Source of the DNA: Ruditapes philippinarum
Taxonomy: Eukaryota
DNA length: 64,000 nt
Direction: 5' to 3'
Assembly: GCF_026571515.1 (NCBI RefSeq)
Contig: NW_026859731.1
Coordinates: forward strand, 434,001-498,000
The notes below the pieces were generated by a model that saw only the letters and a list, made by a program, of their open reading frames with translations, ran no database searches and was not told the DNA's origin. Below, piece by piece: positions 24,171-37,083 of the stretch (position 1 is its first letter; the number at the start of each line of letters is the position of its first letter). Both the position numbers and the translations under genes were made by a program.

Positions 24171-27100
24171 GTTAAGTGTTCTATGAAACGCGGATAAATA
24201 ACTCTTTATATTGGTATACACAAAGGTTGGTGACTTGTTTTTTCTTTCTTTGTATGTATGGACATATTTATCAGTTGATTCACTGTTTGTGTCGATACAT
24301 TAGACTTAGAGAAAATTGTTTATTGGAAATATAGTGCAGTAAGTTCACATGTGGGATGATCAGATGATGACATCATTGATGTGTTTGATTGTGTCAAATC
24401 ACAGTACTTGCACAATGGTCTTTGAAATCTATTTTTGAAACAATTTTGTTTTTAATTGGCACAGCATCATATAGCTAATTTAATTTATCACTGTTTCATT
24501 GTGATATTTTTTTTATTTTAACCACAACAGCTGCACGAACAGCACAAGGCGTATGAACACGGCTGTAGTTAAAGGTGTGGTATGAAGGAGTGTAGAATTT
24601 GTTGCTGATGACGTAGCTTTTGGAGAAAACATTACCATTCAATGCTACATAAACTATGCATAGTAGTCAAATTAATATAGCAGCTCTAGGTATTTTTATA
24701 TCATCAGTTCCTCTAAGAGCCCCTAATATACATGTTCATGTAGAACATTGTTATAATTGTGATCATTTCATTCTCTTTCCTTACAGTCCAGCCCAATTAT
24801 TGGTTACCGTTACCACACGTAAGGAAGATTAAAGGGGCCTTGTACCATAGCAGCTATTAGCTGGACTGTGGAAATATTATGTCCAAAGACTGGGTCATAT
24901 GGTGCTTTAATAGAGGCAGAAATTATGGAGGTTTACTTCTTTGCAATGATAATGTCTTATAGATTAGTCAATCACTTTGACATTTAAAGGTTGACTCTGT
25001 GAACTTTTTTGTTCTGAATCTTGTACAGGGGAGATAATGCCTTATACTTAAAATGGCTCAACTTCTCCACTTGTAATCTAGTGTACGTATTCTGAGTTAT
25101 ATTTATTTTGGGCTAGAGTCTTTATCTAAGGTAGGGTGAGTGTAATAGATGACAAGTGTCCTGTTAATGAACATGTTTATGACGTCACTTTATTGCGGTA
25201 AATGCCAATGCATAAAATAACAATAAATCTCCGCATTAAACATCAGCTTTGTTCAGTGCACACTCAGGCACTGCAATATTGGTGAGATTTTTGGTGTGCG
25301 GAAATCATATACATGTATCTCTGAATTTATCAGCTTGAGGAAAAATGCAATGTAAAGAGCTTCTGAAGATACTTGATACTGTATATTGTTTCATTCTAGT
25401 GGTTATCTAGTTTCCAAGATTTGTATTGGATTTCAACACATTTAAATCTTCTTGAAGACTTGTGGGATACTGTAATAAAAAGAGCTTAGATTTTCGGTAT
25501 ACATGTAAAGGACCTCTACAAAGTATATATATAAATGCCTCGTGGTTAATATTGCTGCCACTAAATGTTTACTAAAGAAACTTAAATACAAAAATTTAAC
25601 ACATTTCTACATGGCCCCGAGCTGCACTGTAACACACAATGTATTTAGCATGATGCATTTCCTAGTAGATCTCTACAAAAGTTATATGAATCATACATAG
25701 CCATTGTTTTATAATTACTTATAATTGTTATCTTAGTAATTGACTTAGAGCATGTTAGATACAAGCAGCTTTGAATGTTAAATATTGGGTCATAGAAATA
25801 TTGCGTCATAGAAGCAACAAGTAAACAAATTGTTATTTTGTCTTCCATACAAAGTACTTAATCTTTATAACTTTAGTTATGGCTAAAAAGCAAAGAATGG
25901 GTCAGATTTATGGCCAGTGAGTGGAGGAATAAAAGTATCTAACTGTTTTGGAAACTGTAACAGAACACTTAAGAAAAAGCCTTTGTGAAATAAAAGTGAC
26001 ACTCGGCACTTTTAATGAATCTTTCAGAATCTTTTCCCTACAAAGTACATACTACTTTGTACATGCCTTTTTAGATATTTCGTGTTACATGACTTTGTTG
26101 ACCTTTATAAACATATAAATTACCCATAGGGTTAAACAGACCCCCAAAGCCCACTCCAATCCCTAAACCCCGCCCCCCTGCCCAATTATTTGTTTGGAAA
26201 TGTCTAATTCTGATCAGAAACAGACCTGAGTACAAACTTAATAAAGACTTATATTTCTTAAATTAAGTTCACTCCAATGGAAATACCTTCAAGTTAAATT
26301 TAAAATTAAAGATCTTACTAGATTTTTGTAATAATAAAAGAACATGGCTGTATTCAGGTTATAAGTATGTGTGACCTTGGTAGAAGGAAGTGTAATTCTT
26401 TTTTATTTTCCTTAGCTGATTTAAACTGTTATATTCATTACAACCTTAAAAACACAAGTGTAATGAAACATTGTTAAATGGTGTCTTACACGTTAATGTA
26501 TGATTAAATCTAGGTCATATGTCTGAAAAAAAACATTGTATGAATGAGGTACATGTAAATAAACTAGCCATTCAAAATGGGAAAAAAATGCTATACTGAC
26601 TCTGTCATAAGTTAAATACTACACTCCATTGTGTGTATAAAACAGGCTAGCCAGTGTTTTTTAAAAGGTTTATACATGATGATATAATATAACTGGAATT
26701 GAATCAAGAATCGGTACTTGTAACTTTTGTCCTAAATAAAGTTTACGGTAGTTAACTAGATAAAGGTTGACTGTTAAAAGTTTTTTTTTTTTTTACTATA
26801 TAACTTTTTAAAGTTGCACACAATTAGATACATTGTAATTAATTGTAAAAAAAATAATTAAAAAAAATAATTAAACTTAAAAAGACATATGATTGTATGA
26901 ATAGTTTCAGAGACAAATAATTCACAGTTCAGGTGAACCTTTGTTTTGTGCAAAATGTGACAGAATTTTTTATTTTTATCACAATTCTACCCTTCCTCTA
27001 ATAGAGTAAGAAAAAGTCATGCACATTTGGTATTTCCGTGAAAAATCAGAAAATTTGTACAAAATTTCTACTCATAAGAAGAATTTTTGAGTTTTCATGA

Positions 27101-27719
27101 TTTTTTATTTTTGAAATTTTGTTTGTGGTCGGGGTCAAAATTTGTAAGAATTTCAGGTTACCATCCTTTCATTTATGTGTCAAGTGCTAAGAATGATTAA
27201 TTAAATGATTATTTGTAAGAGGTTTACTGAGAAAATACAAAATATGCTGATATTCTCCATTAGTCATAGTTTTCATTTTTCAGCACCTATATTTTATAAT
27301 TTTATTGAGTTAAATAAAAAATACTGCCTACGTACTACCTAGGGGTCAAGCTGAGGACAGGTACTTGTATAAGTAAATTTTAGTCAAAGGTTACAAAGTC
27401 TTGACTACTTATATGTTTTATATGTGCTTGTTGTAATTGAATATGGAAATTGTAATTGAAATTGAAAATTGGTTATGCTTGTATGAAATCATTCCTAATA
27501 AAAGTAATATATTTATATTGTAGATTCATTGGAGGATGGAGCTGATGATAAGATGGGTTATTTAGATGAATAAAAAAAGTGGAAGATTACATGACAAGTA
27601 TTGCTCAAAGGATTCAGTATGTGAACCAAAAACGTTTTTTGTATAACTCGACTCATTTTGTAAATATCTCGTCAAGGATATTCATAAAGAAGTCGTGAAC
27701 TTCATATTATTCAGATAGA

Positions 27720-28339
27720 ATGGCGTATTTGTTGGTTTGTGTTAAAACAGAAGATACAATCTATGACCGGGCAGTGTTTAGCAAAGACCTTGCCCCAGTA
27801 AAGTTTGACAAATCTGAGGTGGGTATTGCCTTACGACATGACCCGTGTACAAATTCCGCTCAATATTTTGTGATACACAGACATACACATCACGGGAAAG
27901 TAACGCAGAAACAGAATTCAGTTAAAAACATTGAAAATGGAAATCAGACAGGAAGTGGAACCAGTCTGGAAAATAAGCCAAAGACGGGAAACAGTCAAAT
28001 TTGCTCTTGTAATGGTTTGAACATGGAATGTTCTTGCCAGTCCTGCGATAACAACAAAATTGCTCCTAATTTTTCACTTGTGCTTTTAGATACTGAGTAT
28101 AAAATAGTGACTAAACTGAAGTCAGATGTGGCTTATGAGAGCTTTCAAGAGATGTCACAATCCAAGGTATTCAGGGAGGGATTTATTAACTTTATGAGAA
28201 AGAATAACAAGTTAAGAGATGTGAGAAGAAAGCATTGTTCCTGTGAAAGCGTTTTATCAGCGTGTGAGCTCAGTATAAGACTGCCATGGCTGTTGGAAGT
28301 ATGCCTAGAACCAGCCATCTCTCATGTATGCTATGCTTG
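27720..28339 (+). CDS. DUF4807 / F58A4.6-like protein, coding exon 1
   Basis: 207-codon ORF ending TG|gtaagt (phase 2); upstream acceptor tattgtag at 27523; downstream exons carry family motifs. Confidence 0.75.
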
Positions 28340-28424
28340 GTAAGTTGAAATAAAGAGAAAATACATGTATATGTTTGTTTGGTATTAAGGTATAGTATTC
28401 TTGAGGATTTTTATAGATAAGTCT

Positions 28425-28675
28425 AAGAAGTAAATTGTTGGCTTCAAAACACTTGCCTCTAACCACTGTAGGTTCATGCCGCGTAATCATCTTTGAGTTC
28501 TATCATGTGAGAAAGCTATTTACTAGCTAGCTTACAGAAAGTTGGTGGTTCTACTCAGGTACCTGTTTATGCCTGAAATAATGCAAAAAAGAGGTACCTG
28601 AGGTCTTCCTCCACCAGTAAAGCTGGGAAGTCACCACATGACCTATATTGTGTAAGTGCAACCTAAATGCATGTA
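28425..28675 (+). mobile_element. Degenerate tRNA-derived SINE (same central domain as 10639)
   Basis: catgtgagaaagcta..ggtggttctactcaggtacc..gcctgaaataatgc..ggtcttcctccacc..aagctgg; similar copies at ~32655-32910 (+) and ~43590-43825 (-). Confidence 0.8.
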
Positions 28676-29034
28676 TAACAGAAATTAATTAGGATAAAAA
28701 CAAGGTTCTATAATTTTATGTACATCCTAAATTAATTTCAGCACATAACTCTAAATAAATAAATTTTAGAATGTTGTTTGAGAAAATAGAACATTTTCTG
28801 ATAACCAACTCCCTTTTATTTAGCTTGACTATGTTAGGGACTGTGGTGTTATCATATCCACACAGTTGTGGGCATTGGCATAACCCTTATTATGTACGTT
28901 CATAATTTAGTATATCTTTTAAATTCAGGTATGTATGTATTCTAGGCTTAATGAAGGTATATATACGCTTTCAGGAGAGTACGGACCCTGTAAAATTTAG
29001 GTATGAAACTTAGACTGTTTATATATTTTGACAG

Positions 29035-29154
29035 GAATGAAAAGGTTGGAGGTTTAGTACAGAAACGCATGGTTCTAGAGGAAACTATGGCATGGTTTGG
29101 GGCCCACCCTCGGGAAAGGGGGGTCCTTACTTTGGGGATTATTTTCAACATTTT
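29035..29154 (+). CDS. DUF4807-like coding exon 2 (WNEKVGGLVQKRMVLEETMAW..STLG..LGDYFQHF), frameshifted as assembled
   Basis: Acceptor ttttgacag|G completes TG+G=Trp; MAW, TLG and LGDYFQHF recall the family motif WLSTLGGxxSxLGDY but need frame changes; donor reads ttaagt instead of gtaagt. Confidence 0.65.
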
Positions 29155-29289
29155 TTAAGTAAAAGGATATAGGTGGGGTCCTAAAAAAAAAATAAAAAAG
29201 TTTTAAAAAAATTAAAAAAGAAAATTAAAAAAATTTTAAAAGTGGGAAATTTTAGAAAATAAAAAAAAGTTTTTTCAACCAATCTTTAA

Positions 29290-30052
29290 CCGTAAGCCTG
29301 CTGGCGGCCACTAAATCTACCCATGTGACCGGTTCAAACATACAAATGAGCCACGTCACGACAAAACCAACATAGTGTGTTTGCGACCAGCATGGATCCA
29401 GACCAGCCTGCGCGTCCGCACAGTCTGATCAGGATCCATGCTGTTCGCTGACCAACTCTATTACAAGTAGAGAAACTGATAGTGAACAGCATGGATCCCG
29501 ATCAGACTGCGCAGGCTGGTCTGGATCCATGCTGGTCGCAAACATACTATGTTGGTTTTGTCATGATGCGGTTCAGACATAGTTTAGCCAGCATATCAAT
29601 GTTGTCAGATCATGGTCTGCACTGTTTGTTATGTGTGAGTATTTGAGTTTATTTATACTCACCATCAGTTGCCCATATGGGCAGGTCCTCCAGAAGAGTA
29701 TTAAGTATTAGTCATTTTAGATTTTGGAGGATAGTGCAAGATACAGAAAGATGCTCCAATTCCAGTAGCTTCTCCTGGTTCTTTTACGCGCCAAGTGTTT
29801 TAGCAATCATATACAAGACTTCGATTTAAAGTCTCATGACATCTGAAAGACTGTTAAGTAATTTAAGTTGGCCAGCCCGGGAATAGAACCCACAGTTTTG
29901 AGATTACAAGTCTCACGCTCTAATCGATTGAGCTATGTGAGCTGGCAACCATTTGTTAGTCAGGCTTTACATACATTTATTATTGAATGGTTTTGTCCAG
30001 ATTGAAATATGGACAAAGTTATTTCAGAATGAGATATTTAGTGTAATAAAAG
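29290..30052. mobile_element. Degenerate TTAA/piggyBac-like element hosting a nested Sola-like MITE (29348-29574) and a minus-strand Deu-domain-like SINE fragment (~29770-29945)
   Basis: TTAA-CC start, gatcatggtctgcactg and ttgtcca..ttga..tggacaa motifs shared with fragments near 8515-8735, 32915-33095, 40720-41045 and 44550-44720. Confidence 0.55.
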
Positions 30053-30114
30053 TTAATGCATTATTTCTACTCTTTATTATGCAACACATAATTTGATTGT
30101 CTGCAATAACTTGA

Positions 30115-31383
30115 TTTTTGTGCCCCCATGTTAGTGGTGGGCATTTAGATTTACCCTTGTCCGTCTGTCTGTCCGCACTCACAGGACAGTAATTATGTGG
30201 CTAGAGGGATAATAGGTAACTGTTCTTTCTCTTTGATGTCATTCATTCCGTAATGCTTTTATGTGGCTATTTTCTTTTGTGTGGCTAAAATGAACAATAG
30301 AGAGAACAATAGAGTAGCCACATAATTACTGTCCTGTGAGAACGTCCGTCCGTCCTTCAGTCTGTCCGTTCACTTTTGTGTCGCACGTAACTCAAAAAGT
30401 ATTTGACCTAGAGACATGAAACTTTACAGGAATGTTGATCAGTATGTGTAGTTGTGCACCTGGGTATTTTCGTCTGGATATTTTTAGTATTTTCAGAGTT
30501 ATTGCCCTTGACTAAGTAAAATTTTGCAATTTTCAACTTGTGTCGCATGTAACTCAAAAAGTATTTGAGCTAGAGTCATGAAACTTTACAGGAATGTTGA
30601 TCAGCATGTGTTGTTGTGCACCTGGGTATTTTCGTCTGGATATTTTTAGTATTTTCAGAGTTATTGCCCTTGACTTAGTAAAATTTTGCAATTTTCAACT
30701 TGTGTCGCATGTAATTCAAAAAGTATTTGACCTAGAGTCATGAAACTTTACAGGAATGTTGATCAGTATGTGTAGTTGTGCACCTGGGTATTTTCGTGTG
30801 GATATTTATAGTATTTTTAGAGTTAATGCCCTTGACTTAGTAAAATTTTGCAATTTTCAACTTGTGTCGCACCTAACTCAAAAAGTATTTGACCTAGAGT
30901 CATGAAACTTTACAGGAATGTTGATCAGCATGTGTAGTTGTGCACCTGGGTATTTTCGTGTGGATATTTTTAGTATTTTCAGAGTTATTTCCCTTGACTT
31001 AGTAAAATTTTGCAATTTTCAACTTGTGTCGCATGTAACTCAAAAAGTATTTGACCTAGAGTCATGTTACTTTACAGGAATATTGATCAGCATGTGCAGT
31101 TGTGCACCAGGTATTTTCGTCTGGATTTAGTATTTTTAGAGTAATTGCTATTCACTTAGAAAATTTTTGCAATTTTCAACTTGTGTCGCAAGTTACTCAA
31201 AAAGGATTTGACATAGTCATTAAACCTTATGGGCAGGTTGCTCAGCATATTTAGATTTGCACCTTGGGTTTCGCTTGTGGACTTATCCAGTATTTGTAGA
31301 GTTATTTCCCTTGACTTAGTAAAAAGATTGACAGAACAGTGGCGCGGTGGGGGCACCCGTGTCCTATGGACACATTTCTAGTT
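30115..31383 (+). mobile_element. Non-autonomous Helentron (HINE) with ~6 x 162-bp internal tandem array
   Basis: T-run start, subterminal IR GTGCCCCCA/TGGGGGCAC, (GTCC/GTCT)n microsatellite, units at 30377, 30539, 30701, 30863, 31025, 31182, 3' hairpin GTGTCC-TAT-GGACAC then CTAGTT. Confidence 0.88.
30178..30340. mobile_element. 163-bp MITE nested in the HINE microsatellite
   Basis: Perfect 26-bp TIR CTCACAGGACAGTAATTATGTGGCTA. Confidence 0.85.
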
Positions 31384-31807
31384 ACATAAAGGTTGCCATT
31401 AATATAAATGTTAAGTATAGGCTGAATATTTCTGCATTTTGAAAATTCCCTGGAGTATAATGTTATTAATTTTCAATAGCTAAAGATAATTTTATAATTT
31501 TTTTGCAACTTCAAAAAATCTGTACATTAGTATAATTTGTTTATACACTTATGTCACACTTAAAATAAACCTACAATGAACTTGATCTAATTATCGTTTA
31601 AAAGTATAATCGTGACAGGAAAGAAAATTCTCATTTAAAAAGAAAACAACTTTTGTTTATCTACTTTCTTATTTGTTTATACAATATAATTATTAATATA
31701 AATGTGAAACTTTAATCATTTACATGTATATGCTATCAACAATACCAATATAGAGTCAGGCCAGCCTTTCATCAGTGCATTGTGACTAAACTCTAGCCTG
31801 TTTGCTA

Positions 31808-32560
31808 TTTTTATACGCTCGTTTGAAAAATTAGTCATATTGTAGTTTTTGTCTGGAGCATATCTCTGAAAGGCATGGAGGAATTTTAATGAAACTTCAT
31901 AGAAATGTTAACCACTATGAGAAGATGTGTCAAGCACATGAACCAGGTCAAAGGTCAAGGTCACACTTAGAGGTCATCGAAAAACACTTGTCCAGAGCAA
32001 ATCTTCCACATACATAGAGTGATTTCTATATAACTTGGCATAACGTCAAGATCACACACACGGGTCAAAGTTCAGATAAAAATATGAAAATGTGTATTTG
32101 GATCATTTAGCACTCATTTTTTGAGGGATTGAAACACAAATGGTCATTATCTTGACTACGGGGGTGAAGCCTGTAATTTTAGGTTAATATATGCAGGGTC
32201 AAGGTCACTAAAGATGATAAAATATAGAGATTTTGTCCAGAGCATATCTCTTATACACATGGTAGGATTCAAATGAAACTTAATAGAAATGTTCACCACT
32301 ATGAGAAGAAGTGTCATGCACATATTCCAGGTCCCTGCTGCCAGAGTCAAGGTCACATAGAGAGGTCAAAGTTTGTGTACGGGGACCATTTAGTCATCAT
32401 TGATTGATAGATTGTATCACAAATGATTACTATCATGACTACATGTGTAACACATGCAATTTAGGTAAATATCTGCAAGCTCACTAGACATGATAAAATA
32501 TCCAGATATTGTCCGGATTTTGTCCAGAGCATAATTATCTCCTATATGCATATCTATAAT
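31808..32560 (+). repeat. Degenerate HINE-type tandem repeats (ggtcaaggtcac family)
   Basis: Recurrent GGTCAAGGTCAC, TTGTCCAGAGCAT and TGAAACTT motifs at irregular spacing. Confidence 0.6.
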
Positions 32561-33212
32561 GGCCACATCTCTGTCAAACCTCCTTGAGACAGGCATATTT
32601 TGCGACATTGTTGCCCCTGTTGATGTTGAAATCCCTCAACCCTTTTCCTGCAAAGTGGCCTCCGTGGCTGAGTGGCAAAGGTCACTTCTTGCACATTTGC
32701 CTTTCACTGTTTTCATGCCAGGGATTTTGTATTATTGTGAGGAAGCTATCAAGCTAGCTAATTGTAGGTTGGTGTTTCTACTCTGGTTACAGCTCATGCC
32801 TGAATCAATGCAAGGATGGGGAATTGAGGTCTTCCTCCACTAGTAATGCTGGAAAGTTGCCATTTGACCTTTACTGTGTCAATGTGATTGAAAATCCAAC
32901 AACACAAACAAATAAACTGCTAGCAGCAACTGAATATCCATGCAAGCAGTGCAGATTAAAATCTGCCAGTGCTGACTGATCATGGTCTGCACTGGTCAGT
33001 ATTCAGCCATAGTCTGGAAATTTTTCCTACAATTGATGAATGGTTTGTCCACTTGATTGAATGGACAAGTTAATTAAATGTAGAGTGGTAAGGATTCACA
33101 GCAAAAGCACAGTTTTGTGAGCCATTTTTACATGTCTAATCATTAATGTAAAGAAATACACTTTTTTATTCACTGACAACAAATAAGACATGTGACCACT
33201 ATTATATTGTAG

Positions 33213-33358
33213 TCAGAGGAGGCAGGAAGAATATCTGTAACACAGTTGAGAATCGCCATGGAGATGGGAGATCCTATAATGGCATCAAAATGTCGACTTT
33301 TCTATGCTTTAAGTTTGATGCAAAGGGGACCACTGTCATACAGCAAGAAATTAATCAG
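33213..33358 (+). CDS. DUF4807-like coding exon 3 (SEEAGRISVTQLRIAMEMGDPIMASKCRLFYALSLMQRGPLSYSKKLI)
   Basis: Acceptor attgtag, donor AG|gtattt; AGxISxxQLxIAxxxGDP..CxLxxxxSLxQRG pattern recalled for DUF4807. Confidence 0.8.
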
Positions 33359-33952
33359 GTATTTTTATTATTTATTTTAAGTTATTAATTATAAAGGCTA
33401 TTGTAAGGTATATTTATAAATCATGGGGGCGTACTTGACAGAATTAAGAATTAATATGTCTCCAGAAGTGATTTTATCGCTAGATAAAATCACTGTTTGG
33501 AGTTCAGATGCTACGCCCTGCACATCCGAATGACAAACATTGATTTTATCAAGCAGTAAAATCACTGCTTGGGATATATTATTTTGATTCTAACACATCA
33601 ACAAATAAATGCTGCTGTACCTGATATCAAGCTTAATTGCGCCTGATTTGTTTCCCCTACTTATTTTCAGTGCGTTGTTGTGACTGAAAATCTAAACATT
33701 GCTAGGGATAATCATGTACAAAGTTTTAAAGTAAACTAGTTGTCAAGTTTAATATTTATCAGACCATCAAATGATCCTTGTTGACAGAAATTTGTTTACA
33801 TGGTATTACAATAAATTGTATATTTCCTAAAATCAAAGCAAGCTGTGTTCGGAAAACATTTATATACTCACAAAGTTTATAGGTATAAAGGTGCTGTGAC
33901 ATTCAGGTTAGCAGACAAGGGCTGTTTCTCCTCTCTCTAAAGTTCTACAATA

Positions 33953-34741
33953 CAGTGTAACTTCTGAAAACCGAACACCCATGGGACTTGTCAAAAAGTT
34001 CGGATTTCAGAGGTTTCCGGAATTCAGAGGTTTCGGATAATGTGGACAAGACTAAGCCACTAAATGTCACTAAATGTCAAGGAAAATGTGGCCATTACTG
34101 TAATATATAAAATAGTCTTTTAATCAAAATAAAGATAAGAAGGGAAAGAAAACATTTATATTTAACACTTTATTTAATACTGCAAATGCCTTTGAATTTC
34201 TGTCAGTTTGTAGAAATATTGTTAATTGCATAAACTTACATGTTGTCCGATGCTAGTTAATTAATTAGTGCATCAAATTCAATAAAATCCCTAAAGACTT
34301 TTGATGCATACATTGTCCCAACTAGTCATTTAATCCGCTAATAAACACTTCAAATGAACTGACCGCCGTAAATTACTTTCATTAACCGCATCACTTCAAA
34401 CATGCCATTTCACAGTTTGTGATTTTAACGTGTGTCAAATTACACGATTACCGCTAATTGGTAAACAATCGATAGGGAGATTAAATATTCCTGCAGGGTA
34501 AACATTCTCGATTTACAATGTATTTCACACCTTTGGATATTTCCGGATTTTGGAGGTAAAATTGCATTGATTTGACTCTAATTTTACGAAAATATCGTCC
34601 GGAATTCAGAATTTAGAAGTTCCGGAATTCAGAAGTATTATATTAATAGAAAATAGAAGGAAAAAAATCGGGACCGAAAAAATTGTTCGGTTTTTAGAAG
34701 TTTCCGGATTTCAGAAGTTCCGGAATTCGGAAGTTACACTG
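33953..34741. mobile_element. TA-flanked pogo/Tigger-type MITE
   Basis: TIR CAGTGTAACTTC / GAAGTTACACTG, TA on both sides, subterminal TTCCGGA(A/T)TTCAGA repeats at both ends. Confidence 0.88.
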
Positions 34742-35166
34742 TATTAGGTTATAAGGGGAGTAAAATTTCGAACCTGATAATTTTTACAAATATTTATGAT
34801 CTAGTTCCTATGTTGTCTTTTATGTGTTTGCATTTAATTAATTCAAACATGTGATGGATCTTACTTTAATATCTAAAGAAAATGTATGTTTGTAACATTT
34901 CTTTTCATTGGATAATCTTGAGGTTTATATATAAACTACGTATTACACGGCTGCTGTCAATTTATTAAGTAATTTCTTGTCTTTATTTTTTTCTCAAATA
35001 AAAGGCAGTTTGCTGTATATTAATTTTGTTTTTAAAGATTCTTGACAGGTTATATGGTCTTATATAAACATTTGTTTGCAATACATGTATAATCTTCGCC
35101 TAGCTGTTTGGGTTATATATGTAAATAACTGTTTATATAGGCCATATAAACTGTCAATTATCTTTA

Positions 35167-35420
35167 TGGACTGTCTGGTTAGCTCAATAGCATAGGACTG
35201 CGAATCGAGTGATCCGGTACCAATTCCCGAACGGCTGCAGGTCACTTTCGTTGTGATTTATCATGAAATCTTCTCGTAAGTCATTTGCACTGTACCTCTG
35301 TTCTGACATATTCAGAAGTTATCAGTTCCTTGCAAAAGTGTAGGCAAATAGTAAACTACCCAGCAGCCTGCCCAGGAACGATGCGGTAGCTGAACTGTGC
35401 TTTGATAAATTTAATGTAGC
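35167..35420 (+). mobile_element. Degenerate tRNA-derived SINE of a second family (Meta-domain-like by recall)
   Basis: GGTTAGCTCAAT A-box-like head, GATTTATCATGAAATC..GTCATT..TCAGTT..GCCTGCCCAGG body; a more decayed relative lies at ~20935-21180. Confidence 0.55.
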
Positions 35421-35566
35421 CTACTGCCGTGATCTGTTGTGAAAAGTACTTCAAAATAATTTTTGTAACTAAGAGTAAAATATATACAATATATACATAT
35501 TATGATTGTAGTATTTCATATTTTTTTCAGAATTTGAAAACACTCATTCACTTGTTACTATTTTAG

Positions 35567-35969
35567 GGATGAATATCACTTTGCAACACATTTTAAAGTG
35601 CGGGATCAAAGACTTATTGACATGTGTCGGGGGATGTGGAGCAAACTACGTTACATGTATACAAGAAAGCAAAGAAGAAGGCTTGAATCAATATCATGCG
35701 AGGAATCTGCCACCTCGACGTCAGGTGACCATAGCGATCATGACGATCATAATAATCAGGACTTTTGTACTCTTCAAAATGAAGAGTATTCAAATCTCCA
35801 GGATGTACAGGAACTGCATATATATACACAACGATTTAAAGAAAAGTTTGGTTCCATTACTGGTAATGATTCTCAAACTTATCCAAATAATGGGGAGCCA
35901 ATCGCAACGTCAAGATCAGGTTGCTATGACAACACGGATACTTCTATATGTAGTGAAATAGGAAGTTGA
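35567..35969 (+). CDS. DUF4807-like last coding exon (RDEYHFATHFKVRDQRLIDMCRGMWSKLRY...)
   Basis: Acceptor ttttag|G is phase-compatible with exon 3; DxRLxxMCxGxWxKL motif; stop at 35967-35969. Confidence 0.8.
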
Positions 35970-36937
35970 TATCTCCCAAGACTAGATAATATATATATAT
36001 ACATGTATGTAAAACAATCATGTTTGTGCTGTTATTTATGTATTACTAATTTATCTATACGTTTGCTGGTAGGAAGCTATAATTTTATTTTGTTGAAGTG
36101 TGTGTTTTTTTTGTGAGATTACATTATTTCAAAATTTGTTTTGTTAAGAAAAAAAGCACTTTTATGCTCTTAGAGATTGTGTGATATTATCAGATCATAT
36201 TTCCTTCAGAAATACTCTTGTCATATTTTTTGTTTAATTTCTAAAAAAATCAGGTACTAGTATTCCATTTTTGTGTGTTACTTAACAAAGAGAGTATCCT
36301 GATGAAACTCATGTTTAAACTAACAATTTGTTATAGAATATTGAACAGTGGTGTAGCTATCTGTTGGCTGTGTCTTTGCCTTCACTTTCTGGCCAGGAAA
36401 GTGAATAAAATCATTTACTTCTCTTTCTGCAATATCTTAACAATCCACTGAACATATTTTATATAGGCCAAAATAACATCAGACAATCTCAGTGTGAAAA
36501 AAATTGTAGAGGGGGCATCCCCAACCCAGATACCCCCACTCCCTCTTTCAAGACTTAGACGTACACATAATTTTAATCAAAGCTAAATCCCTGAGGATTG
36601 CTTCTAGCTTAGTTAACTTGAATTTAAGGAAGCTCTGTTTAAGCTTCAATTCAAATTTAAACCTTTCATCTTTTTGAAATCTCTATCCAGTCCACTTCGT
36701 TGATACACTAGACATGTAGAGAAGTCTTTCAATAACCCTGTTTCGGAAGTACATGTATTTAAATGAGATGTATTTTCAAGATTCTACTTAGAAATAAGTT
36801 TAATAACATTAAATTACTGAAAATATTCTGATGAATATTGACCTGTCGATCAATGAAAACATCTAGTCCACCTTACTGCAGTATGTTGTTTCTTCTGCTG
36901 TGTTTTCTCTAATTTTCATCTATTATTTATTTCTGTC

Positions 36938-37083
36938 TTAATTTAACTGACGTCAAGATTTAAGTTACACCAGTATAGCAATGTGTTAATTTAACTGATG
37001 TCAAGGTTTAAGTTACACCAGTATAGCAATGTGTTAATTTAACTGACGTCAAGATTTAAGTTACACCAGTATAGCAATGTGTT
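36938..37083. repeat. 48-bp tandem repeat x3
   Basis: TTAATTTAACTGA(C/T)GTCAAG(A/G)TTTAAGTTACACCAGTATAGCAATGTG at 36938, 36986, 37034. Confidence 0.93.

Noticed and set aside
24943-25018. Possible intronic C/D snoRNA
   Set aside because: C box imperfect (ATGATAA), no terminal stem or identifiable guide.
35569-35961. 130-aa ATG ORF
   Set aside because: Alternative frame of the DUF4807 last exon; splice phase and motifs support the other frame.
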